From contig CDMY01000676.1 in NCBI GenBank assembly GCA_001179505.1, positions 1 to 31,831 on the forward strand: a stretch of DNA of 31,831 nt, given 5' to 3'. A program made the position numbers and the translations under genes. This stretch comes from Vitrella brassicaformis CCMP3155. Its lineage: Eukaryota; Protista; Chromerida. This document shows positions 12,381 through 22,584 of this stretch, one piece after another. Position 1 is the first letter of the stretch; each line of letters starts with the position of its first letter. The notes under the pieces are model-generated. The model was not told the origin of the DNA. It saw only the letters and a list, made by a program, of their open reading frames with translations, and searched no databases.

Positions 12381-12605
12381 GTGAGTGCTTGCGTGAGTGG
12401 ATGGTTGTGTATAGCTGCCATGGTGTATATAGCTGGATGGATGGGTGGCGTCACCGGCGTGTTGTTAATCCATACCTTGCTACGTACCCACACGCCAACC
12501 ATCCGTGATTTCCCCGAACGCCCAACCACTCAGCCGACAAAAGGGCAAAAGTCAATCCCACACACCGAGGAAAGAGATGGAGAAACGGACCACACGACGC
12601 CGGGA

Positions 12606-12639
12606 GGCGAGAATTCGAATTCTCGCCGTCTCGAGACGG
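12606..12639. promoter_or_regulatory. Two overlapping perfect palindromes (22 bp GGCGAGAATTCGAATTCTCGCC; 14 bp CCGTCTCGAGACGG)
   Basis: The palindromes at 12606-12627 and 12626-12639 are seen directly. A regulatory role is only inferred from their position upstream of the Josephin-like A exons. Confidence 0.35.
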
Positions 12640-12770
12640 TTTTCAATTTTTCCGCGCCAGCTCTCCTCATTTCTCACTGTCCGCCTCGTAATTCCTTCGT
12701 TTCTTCTCATTTTTCGGCGGGAGTGGTCGGGCGCCATCGGCCCGCAGCCCCCCCGGCCCGCCGCCGGCGG

Positions 12771-13955
12771 GAGGGCGACCACATCGTCCTCACCGTCGGC
12801 GAGAGGGAGGTGCGCTACTTCTTCCAGGAGCAGCGCAAGAAGGGCGGCTTCTACGACTTCTCGTGCGGCTTCAAGGCCATGAACATGGCCATGGGGAGCC
12901 TCACGCTGCCCAATCACCTGTTCCGCAAGAAGGACCTCCAGCTGCCGTTTGAAGAGCACCTGCAAGGACCGGTAGGTAGGCAGTGAGAGAGACCACACAC
13001 TCACACACACATCCATCCATCCATCCATCTCTTGTGCTGTCTGTCTGTCAGATATCCGCTGCCGAGGCCGGAGACTACCTGAACAAGTACACAGAGCTGA
13101 CGGCCGTGGTCCTCTCCGACGTAAGTGCGACGCACACACACCACAACAAACACAGCCCATCCGTCCGCTCATTGTCTTTGGATCGATGGACGCACCAGGT
13201 GTATGGTAAGGACCTGTCGCAGAGGATTGCCCACCTGGGCGGCACGAGCTCGAGTGACGTCACAGGCGTCATCATGACCACAGAGGCGAGGCCCTTTCCC
13301 GGCGATAACCAGACGGTGGACCCATATGCAGTACATCCGGCTGCTGGGCGAGGGCCTGTGGCTCGACCAGGACTCGATTACGGAGCTGCCCGACGGCGGG
13401 AGGGGCGACAGGGTGCTGCTGACCAACGAGCGGCTGACCAACCTCATCGCCAGGGACCAACACTTCGGGTTCCTCAAGACGGGCTTCGAGGACATCGACA
13501 TGTATCAGCAGTACTCGGCCATCGCACTCGTCAGCTCGCCGGTCGCCCGACACCGAGCCATGAACCCCCCTTCCCCTCCCCCACAGGCACCCCCCCAGGC
13601 ACCCCCACAGGCACCCCCTGCCCATCCCCTTCCCCCTGCAGACGGCGACCAGGCCATGGCGGGCGGGGCGGCTGCTGCCGCCGACGAGGCCTTACAGCCG
13701 CCCTTCTTGCGCTGTAAGGGCAGCTATATTACGAGCTCTCGTGCGGGTTCAATACGAGGGACACCAGGAGACACCAGGAGACGCCAGCAACGGTGTAGTG
13801 CCATCAGTTGCCCTCTTCAAGCCGCCGCCTCAGCCGAAGGCCCCGCAAAACGGTCAGAGGCGCACGCAGGCGCCCAATGGAGTAATGGCGGGGGCCGGAG
13901 GACCTGCAGCCCCACCAGATTCAGCCATTATTGCCCAACACATCACACGGGATAA
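12771..13955 (+). pseudogene. Josephin-like (papain-fold) cysteine peptidase / putative deubiquitinase A; +1 frameshift near 13295, no clear own ATG, tail truncated relative to paralog B
   Basis: YFFQEQRKKGGFYDFSCGFKAMNMAMG (Cys 12864-12866) and WTHMQYIRLLGEGLWLDQDS (His 13323-13325, Asp 13371-13373) mirror the Josephin motifs F-HE-x-Q..C-x-x-H-x-x-N and H-W-x-x-I-R..W-x-N-L-D-S. Introns 12972-13051 and 13121-13198 are phase 0. Confidence 0.6.
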
Positions 13956-14119
13956 TAACCTGCTACACGTGAGAGAGATTATGCACAGAGACTCCCATGT
14001 GTACCAAAGCACATGACGGGATCCATCACGTCGCGCGTATCTCTGTCCGTCTCTCTGTGCAGCAGAGGCTTGGGAATCGCGAGGTCAGAGCTGACCTGAC
14101 GGCCCAGAGTGTGGGAGTC

Positions 14120-15990
14120 CACCGCCGCCAGAGTACATACGAACCACAAGGAGGACGCAAGCCTGGACAATTTTCCACTCCAAATACGGTGTGTTTGCAT
14201 GTCAGACGAAGTGTTGAGAGATCCGACCGGAATTGCGGTTCAGGGAGAATAGGGGTCGGAGCATGCCCATCACGGTAAGACCAGAAGCACTCACTGTCTG
14301 ATAGACGCCAAGTAGCCGGAGTGGTTGGTGCAGCGAGTGAGCGAAGCCATCACACACACACACACACACGCATCCCTCCCTCCCTCCCTCCCTCCCTCCT
14401 GCTTTTGTCTCTGTCTGCGCCTCGGTCAGGCTGAGGGCCTTTTGCAGAGGACACTCTCAAAAATCGCTACCTACATTTTATATCTGGACGAGCCTCTCCC
14501 AGCAAATGCATCATGTCCCACTCACTTCTCGAGACACTGCGCCAGACACCAGGCAACAATCATGGTAATTGGAGAACACACAGAGCTGACAAATACTTAC
14601 TTAGTCAATTGTGTGTTTGCATGACAGACCGAGTTGGGGGAGATCCAACCAGGGCTTCGCTTCAAAGAGAATGGGGGCCGCAGCATGCCCATCAGTATAA
14701 TTAAGACCAGAAAGACTGTTTGTGTGTGTGTGTGTGTGTGTGAGCAGTACTCTGGTGAGGTTGAAAGGCTGCGTAGTGAGCTGAGCAAGTCGGCCGAGGA
14801 GTACACCAGCGAGTTGACCAAGGTGAGTTGGAATGGTGCAGGGAGGGAGTCAGTGAAGGAATTGGTGGGTGGATGGGACGGTGGGTGCACTGATTGCTCT
14901 GGAGAGAGAGGATGGATGGATGGATTGTGTGTGTCTGTGTGTGTGTGTTGGTTCAGGTCAAGTCCAGTTTGGAGGCCGTGCAGAGTGACAAGGACCGTCA
15001 GCTGGACCAACGCCAAGCCAACGTCGACCAGATGAGTGAGTGGATCATGAGACGAGCGAGGCGGGCACACCCACAAACTAACAGACATCCATACATCCAC
15101 ACACAAATCCCTCCCTCTCTCCGGGAGACTCTCCCTAGCCAACACACACACACACGTACGCAACACACCACAGCAACTCTGTCTGTGTGTGTGTGTGTGT
15201 GTCTATGTGTGCTTTAGAGGCGCCGCCCACAGATTCGCCCTGCTTTCGAGCCCTACAGCCCGCCGCGCCACACAGAAGTGTCGATGCCCCCCCAAACACA
15301 CGCCGTCGCCCCTCCACCTACCCCTTTCCAGGTACAGCAATCCAGGTATGCATTGGACAAACACACAGCTGACGAATAAAAATATTTGTTGTGCATTTGC
15401 ATGTCAGACTGAGTTGGGGACCATCCACCCTGAGCTGCGCTTTAGGGAGAATGGGGGCTGCAGCATGCCCATCCGGGTAGTTAAGACCAGAAAGACTGTG
15501 TGATAATAGACCTCCGCTCATGCGTTGTGGCTTTTATCAATCAGGGTGCATGACTGACGTGCTGACTGACTGACGGGATGGGACGATGCTGACTGACGGT
15601 GGGTGCGTGTGTGCAGCTGTGATGACTGACGTGGTTTGCTTTTCGGACATACATGCAGGAAGGGTGCGTGCATGAGGCACATACTTCCTTGTGTTGTGCG
15701 CTTTGTCCTGGTCCTGGGCGAGAGAGGGAGGGAGAGGACTGACCGATCCGATTCATACACCACACCCTGATGACCGATTGGTGTGCGCCAGACACACAAT
15801 GCGTGGGCTTCGCTTTCATCTGTAGAATGGCTGCCTACTTTTTATATCTGAATGAGCCGTGTCTCTCTGTTGCGCGTGTCTGTCTTGATGCTGACGGTGT
15901 GTGTATGTGTGTATGCCGTGTGCAGCTGTGATGACTGACTGACGTGCTTGGCTTCTCGGACATACATGTCGGTAGGATGCAGAAGGTCCG
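14120..15990 (+). pseudogene. Patchwork of decayed, internally duplicated exons of an unidentified gene (includes coiled-coil exons at 14746-15060)
   Basis: Three copies of a 69-nt exon with flanking intron (14206-14274, 14628-14696, 15408-15476). Two copies of ATYILYLDEP / AAYFLYLNEP (about 14465 and 15830). Two copies of gtgcagctgtgatgactgac..cggacatacatg (about 15612 and 15920). Coiled-coil exons YSGEVERLRSELSKSAEEYTSELTK / VKSSLEAVQSDKDRQLDQRQ. Confidence 0.5.
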
Positions 15991-16276
15991 ATTATTCTAG
16001 TTACTAGTCAGGTGTCTGAACACTGCAACCACTGCGAGCGGTAATGCCGCCCGACCATCCCCGACTTACCGAACCCTCCTCCCTCAGCCACATCCCCCAG
16101 CCAGCCCAACGATAAGAGAGAGAAAAGGCAATTACCTTTGCACATACACACACATACACACACATATTCACAACGAGTGATAAACCCGCCAACCCGTCTG
16201 TCCGTCATGATCAACCTGTCCCTCCCCCATCCATCCATCCATCCATCCGTGAACCCATCCCTCACTGTCGGTTGAA

Positions 16277-16930
16277 TCATGCCATCATGCACAGCGGAAA
16301 CCTAGCCGCCCCACACACGGCCCCGAACGGCGGGCAGCATGAAGCCTTCCCCGGCCTGGCCCGCCGACACCGCCGCCCACACCCCCGATGCCCACACTGC
16401 GCCGGGCAGCACGCAGCTGTGCCCGACTTCTCATCCTCAGCGAATATGCCGCCCAGGTACCTCACGCACACCTCTTCTGCCTCATGTGGGGTCGGCAGTG
16501 CCTGTGTCTGGTTGCTGGCTGTTGATGTTGACGTTGATGTGATGGCGCTGTCTGGTAGTGCTGGCAGCTGCTGCGGCTCTTTGGGCTGTTTGCTTGGTGG
16601 TGGTGGGCGTGAGGCGGTCCAGTAGAGGGCCCACGACCGAGATAAACCGGTGTCTAGCTGCCGGGGACGGTAGACCTGAGATAAACCGGTGTCTAGGTAC
16701 TCGTAGTGTGAGGCCCTCACGAAGGTGGTCGTGTTCATGGTTGTGTGGTTGCCCGTGTCCAGGTGCGGGCAGGGACGAGGCGGACATGATGGATGACGGT
16801 GTCCCCGCAGCAGCAGCAGCAGCAGCAGCAGCTGCAGCAGTACCAGCTGATCACGCTGATGTCCGCATGGATGACGATGAATTGCGGGAAGAATTGATGG
16901 ATGACTGATGAGTGAGGCCGGATGGATCAA
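16277..16930. other. GC-rich coding-like segment, strand unresolved (217-aa minus ORF with Cys-rich end, or a plus-strand terminal exon GAGRDEADMMDDGVP(A)nVPADHADVRMDDDELREELMDD*)
   Basis: Both readings are visible. There is a (GCA)n tract at about 16806-16840 and a 19-bp direct repeat gagataaaccggtgtctag at about 16649 and 16678. Confidence 0.3.
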
Positions 16931-18323
16931 CAGACACTTTTTTCTGTGACACTGTATGCTTTGTGAGCCATGCGCACTCTTGGATTTTACGCAACCTCAT
17001 AGTCAGTCAGTAAAGGATCTTGTGAGCGTCATCAACCGTAACAGCAATCGACAGGGGGCGCACGGACCTCAGCACCTTGTAGGCATCGACCCTGCATAAT
17101 CACACACACGCGCAACACACACACAGAAACACACACACATTGATGGCCGTGGGTGGCGGGCGACGACACGCGACACGAGTGGACGTTGTCCATGTAAATG
17201 TTTACTTTCGCGCGGGAGGGGCGCTATGCTGCTCAGCAGAAAAGGAAGATCGGCGTGTCGGCTGTGTTTTTGAGAGCATCATGAAGGAATCTGCAATGGA
17301 GATCTCCCGAGATCTCCCGTGGGGTAGCTGCGTGGCGATGCCGGCCCGGTCTTTCTGGCGTGATTGTCAACACCGTTGGGGCCGTGGACCGTCGCAGAAC
17401 GACAGGGAGTCATCAGAACGAAGAGGCCGCACAACAACAACCATCAGCAATGGCTTGAAGCTTCAGCGGGCCACCCCACTGCGGGGAGGGGGTGGGGGTG
17501 GATGGACCGGGATGGACTTTTTGGAGGGAGGGTACCGACCCGGTCCATCGTTGATATCGATGCGATTTCGTTGGTCTCAGTGATGATTGTGGTGTCTCTC
17601 ATGTCTCGGCATCAGCGCAAAGGACGGCAGCTGGGCCCAAACAGCGAATGCCTCCGTTTCCCCCCGCTGCCCCGGTGAATCCTCGCCGCCTTCCGACCGC
17701 CTTGGCGCCTCCAGCATTCCTGTCGTCCAAGGCGGAACAAGCGCGGACAAAGGGAGCAGCCATGGGAGAGCAGAGAGGATGTAGCTATAGGGCCAGCCGT
17801 CTTTTGAGTGACTGTGTGACTTTTGCTTGCATGTCGTGCAATTTGTTGTCGTGTCTCTTTTGGAGAGTCTACGCAAAGACATACTACAGTGCAAGCATGA
17901 TGTCATGGCTTTCGAATAAATGTCTCAATCCCTCACCTCTCTCTCTCCCCCTCAAAAAACGAAGAAAACCACACGCAAAGCAAACAAGGACCCGACTACT
18001 CTCGGAAACGCTCGACGCACTCTTAAAGTTCTCACACCTCGAGCTTCAAGCAAAAGCTGCCCTTTTCTCAGCCACACACTTCACATGCGAAGCACTCACA
18101 CACTCAACACGAACTCTCATGACCAGCTGCTCTTGCTTAGCCCTTGCCTCCCTGAGGCTCTCTTTTTGCCTCACTCGGCTCGCCTGACACATGAGAGCGG
18201 CTTGGGCCACTCATTCAACGCAGAGCCTCGGTTGCTGCCTTCTTGGTCTTCGTCATTGCTCTCTTGATGCTCTTCGCAGCGGGGGGGGGCTGAGAATCAA
18301 CCACGGGAACCCACTCTGCATCC

Positions 18324-18774
18324 GGAATCACACAGTGATCATATAGAAATCGGCTCTGATTTCTATTGTGCAGCACCTGGAATCACGGAATCAGAAATCG
18401 AAATCGTTAACCCCCACTGGCGAAGTGATTTTGGTTCTGATTTGACCTCTAGGGTTTAAGAGAGCGGTTTCACGAAATAAGACCCTAAGTCCTAACCCTA
18501 AACCCCAGAGAGAAATCATTGAATCAGAATCAGAAATTGAAATCGTTAACCCCGTCTGAGAGAGGTGATTCCGGCCATCGGGTGATTCCATGATTTAGGG
18601 TCATGCACTGATTCATATCTCGACAACCAGTGATTCCAGAGAGTCAATCGGGGGCGCAAAAACACGGCCAAAGGCCACTCTTTACGTGTGCCAAACGACG
18701 TCCTCTCACTCTCAATGGTCAGCGCGCTGTGACGACAACAAGGTCTGATTTCTATGCTGTGATTTCGTGATTCC
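18324..18774. repeat. About 450-bp element with imperfect 30-bp terminal inverted repeats, GAATCA/GAAATC-rich internal repeats and telomere-like CCCTAA(A) units (MITE-like or subtelomeric remnant)
   Basis: 18324-18353 matches the reverse complement of 18745-18774 at 21/30 positions (GGAATCAC..ATAGAAATC). A 27-bp direct repeat at 18388 and 18527 has one mismatch. ccctaagtcctaaccctaaacccc lies at 18483-18506. No target-site duplication seen. Confidence 0.5.
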
Positions 18775-19214
18775 AAAAAGAGTGAGTTCCCGTGGAGAAT
18801 CAAGAGACGCGGCATTTGAAGAGAAGGGATGGCGATCGTCGTGGTACTATGCGGCCAGAACAGTTCGGGGCGCTCCAAACGCCGAACCTGACAGGTGATC
18901 TATTCCTTGACGCCGGCACAACGGCCTCTCACTTCTCTTGACTCGCTTGAAGCTCCACATCTGCGAGCTCAGCCGAAAGGGGAAGGCTGCATTTTCCCTC
19001 TGTGCACTCTTCTCTCGCTGAAGCCATCAGCAGCAGCAGCAGCTCAAGCAGCAGAGCCGCAGAGCAACAGAGCAGCAGAGCCCACTGGGAGATCCCGTCG
19101 AGAGAAACTCGCCACAGGCAAAGGTGAGCAGCACGCGGACGTGCACTGCCTCGAGGAGTCATGTGCAATTCACACGATGTATTGATTGTTGTACGCAGTT
19201 CAGGTGTTGGCGTG

Positions 19215-20989
19215 ATGACCTTGCCGCAGTCGGCTCGCCATCAGCCCCGATCCCGCCTGCCTGAGCCACAGGCACCAGCGGCCGCAGCAGCAGCAGCAGG
19301 AGGGGCGCAAGACCCACGTCAGTCTGAGGAGCCATCGTCATTCCCAGGGCTGTTCGACAAGAGCCGCCACACAGGAGCGAAGGACCACTTCTTCGAATGC
19401 GTTGGTGGTGAGGAGCGGCTGCACTTCGGCATGGGGAGGGTGTCCCTCGGCTCGACGTATTTCAGCCATCAGCCCCCGCAGCCAGGGGCGGCCATCCCCT
19501 GGTACAAGGCGGACTGTGGCAAACACGCCACCAACATCGCCATGGGGCACCAGGTCGTCGGGTTTGAGGGCGATGGCTTCGAGAGGGTCGAGAGGGCCAA
19601 GCGGAAGGCCACTGAGGACTACGAGTGGCTCGACATGGCCGACATCGCGCAGCACTTTGAGAAGCTCGAGAAGCCGTGCACCGAGTTGGGAGGGGTAAGT
19701 AAGCAGACACACGAGGGGAAGGAGTGCGACCAGTGACGTTATCTTCTTGTCTGTTTCTCTGTGTATGTGCCATGGTCTCTGCGTGTAGATTAAGGGGAAG
19801 TCGGTGGCCGAGAAGATCGAACTTCTAACGGCACACTGGGAGCGGGAGCGGGGGGCGGTGGTGGCCATGTTGCTGCGGGAGAGGGCGGTGTTCGAAGCCG
19901 GTCAGCAGGCGATGGACCACTTTGTGGCCATCAAGCCCCAGGCTGACCGGCTTTGGGCCGACTGCGATAGCATTAAGGAGCGCCAGCAGCCACACAAGCT
20001 CATGGACGCCGGGGAACTGGTCGCGAGGGTGGAGAAAGTAAGCGTGCACCACCTGTCAAACACACATGCACTCACTCGGTTCATCCCTGTGTGTGTGTGT
20101 GTGTGTGTTCCCTCCCTCCGTCCCTCCCTCCCGCCCTTCTGCTCAGGCGGACGGCAATCGGGTCATTTCCCGTGACCCCCAGGCATTCGCCCCCGTGAAG
20201 AGAGACCACGACGCGATCGTCATGAACCTCGATGACGACGATAACGCGCAACCAGCCCAGCACAAGTCTGTAGCGCACACACGCACACACACACGCAACA
20301 CACACAGACACACGAATACTCAATCACTGTGTTCACTTCTTTTGTGTTGGTCTCGGTTTCAGCCCTGGTGCAGCGGCCGCGGCTGCAGCCGTGCCGATCG
20401 CCATCGATGACGCCCCTGCCCGTCCCACTCCCCCTCCCCCTCCCCCTGCAGACGGCGACCAGGGCATGGCGAGCGAGGTGGCAGCTGCTGTCGACGAGGG
20501 AGACGACGTGCAGATGGGCGATGGAGAGGACGGTGGTGCGGGCGATGGTGCGGGCGATGGTGCAGGCGATGGTGCGGGCGATGGTGTGCGTGTGGGTGGC
20601 GCTGGCAAGGTTGAGGGGAGCGGCAAACGGAAGCGGCCGGCTGACGGTGACGACGAGGAGCCGCTCGACCAGGCCCTCCGCCGCAAGCGGCGAGTCCTGC
20701 GCGCCAACCAGGACAGCCAGGAACCCCAGGACACCCAGGACAACCACGAGGGCGGGTGAGTCAGCACACCGACACACAGACGCAGAGAGGAGGGGACGAT
20801 GGACATATCAACCTTATGTGTATGTGTGTGTGTGTGTGTGTCATGGTGGTGTGATACCTGCGATGCAGCGACGGTGCTGAACCCCCCCCTCATGTGCCGT
20901 ACTGGGAGCGGCCGATGGAGATTGACGAGAAGTACGCCACCCACAGGTACCCCTTCAGGCGGCGTGCCAACCACCGGCGGCGCCGCTGA
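19215..20989 (+). CDS. Josephin-like (papain-fold) cysteine peptidase / putative deubiquitinase B; intact reading frame, at least 5 exons (an additional upstream exon ending at 19123 is likely)
   Basis: Exons 19204-19694, 19789-20037, 20147-20265, 20363-20755 and 20869-20989 join in phase. YFSHQ..ADCGKHATNIAMG (Cys 19515-19517) and MDHFVAIKPQADRLWADCDSIK (His 19918-19920, Asp 19966-19968). The acidic Pro/Gly tail contains a KRKR and RRKRR NLS-like patch. Confidence 0.7.
20535..20582 (+). repeat. Coding minisatellite (GGTGCGGGCGAT)x4 encoding (GAGD)4
   Basis: Seen directly; one unit has GCA instead of GCG. Confidence 0.9.
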
Positions 20990-22584
20990 GCGGGTGGGGT
21001 GCCCGCCAACACCCATAAACACAACACCCACACACACACACGCACACACACACATATCAGTAGGTGGGTGGATGTAAGTGCTTAGCGTGGTCGAGTTGAA
21101 GAGAGCTGTCCGCCCGTCTGCTGTCCGTCTGTGTGCGCCGTGGCTGCGTTGACTTGTGGGCGTCAGTCACATCAAAGGGGCCGGCTGTTTTTCACTCGAC
21201 TGACCGTATCCGTTGGAGAGCAATACCGGCCTTTTTTGGCCAAGTCAGGCTTACTCCTTACTCTGACTGATGCTTTGATTGATGACACTGTCGGAGTGGC
21301 CCCGTGTGTTCATTTGTCGGTCTGTGTGCGGGAGGGCGGGCAGGCTATTTGTCTGTCTGCCTGTGGGTTAAGTGCACCTTGCTCACTTTGATGCTGTGGG
21401 AGAACAGGCTATTTGTTTGTCTGGCTGTCGATCCACAGAGAGAGAGAGAGAGAGAGAAGAGGCGTCATAACCACACAGGCAATCCATCAGAGAGAGAGGA
21501 GACCGTGTGCCGACTGTGCCACAGTACAGTCACTCACTTCTATGTGTACGAGCGAAGCTCACTCACTGTTGTCGTCTGCCGCAGTACCCAACACATCTGA
21601 ACGTGCCTGCATGGGACGCACCACGTGTCGTCAAAGGGGAAGCCAAGCAAGATCTCAATTAGTCAAGGCTCCCTTTGTGCCATGTCTCTGTGTGTGTGTG
21701 TGTGCTGGCTGTGTGGCATGGGTGGGTGGATGGATCGCGTGTGTGCTAGTGGTGTCGGTTTGTGTGCTAATGTGTCGCCTTTGTGCTGTGTTTGCTAAAG
21801 CGATGGATCCGCCCTTTGCGTGGCCCCTTGATTTGTCGGATGGCCGGTTTGCCAAGAGATAGGAAGAGGCCGTCTGTGGACTGTGTGCTGCTTTGGCTGC
21901 TTGCTTTACACACTGTGCTCTCAGGCACACTGACACAGACACGTGTGTGTGTGTGCGTGTGTGTGTGTCTGTCTGAGACGGTCTGATGTGTCTGTGTGGT
22001 CGCACATTTGGCGTGCGTGAGCATTTGTCTGGCTGCCGTGATTTGTCATGGCGTGTTGTGAGTGCACTGGGAGAGACGGAGGGAGGGAGGGAGGGCAGGA
22101 GAGACCCACACCGCACACACATTGCGTGTACCATATCATCACACGGGCGATCGTACCGCACCGCAGCTAGTCACTTAGTCGCACTCAATGATGCCGTCAC
22201 GGTGCCTGGTGCGATGCAGCGGACGGATGGCTGGCTGCCCGTCTGTGTGGATGGCTGTGTGTCTGCCACCGGAATGAATTGCCTCCCCCTTTTTCTCGGC
22301 TTCTTCTACTTAATAATTACATCGTCGTTTTACGTCTGTTTGCTGTTATGGGGTGCCCGCCATGGGTTCTTGGGTGATGGACAGACAGTGCAGAGGAAGG
22401 AACGACACAGAGAGACAAAGAAAGGCCCATAAGAAGGCCACACTTACAGCTCGAGATGGGGCACGACTAACTGCGGAAACTTCCCAACAGACAGGTCAGC
22501 ATGACACAGCACTCCTTCGTTTCGTCCACACCAGAACCACCCTCCCTCCCTCTCTGTGTTTGTGTTGTGTGTGTTGTGCTGCAG

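Noticed and set aside
14120-15990. Interspaced repeats as a CRISPR-like array
   Set aside because: Spacing is irregular, the repeats are degenerate splice-bounded exons, the context is eukaryotic and there are no cas genes.
16805-16840. Poly-Leu stretch in the minus ORF as a signal peptide or TM helix
   Set aside because: It is the antisense reading of a (GCA)n microsatellite and is equally read as poly-Ala on the plus strand.
17648-18267. ORFs of 179 and 115 aa as a transposase or gene
   Set aside because: No recognisable motif, no splice structure and no codon bias; the opposite-strand frames contain stops.
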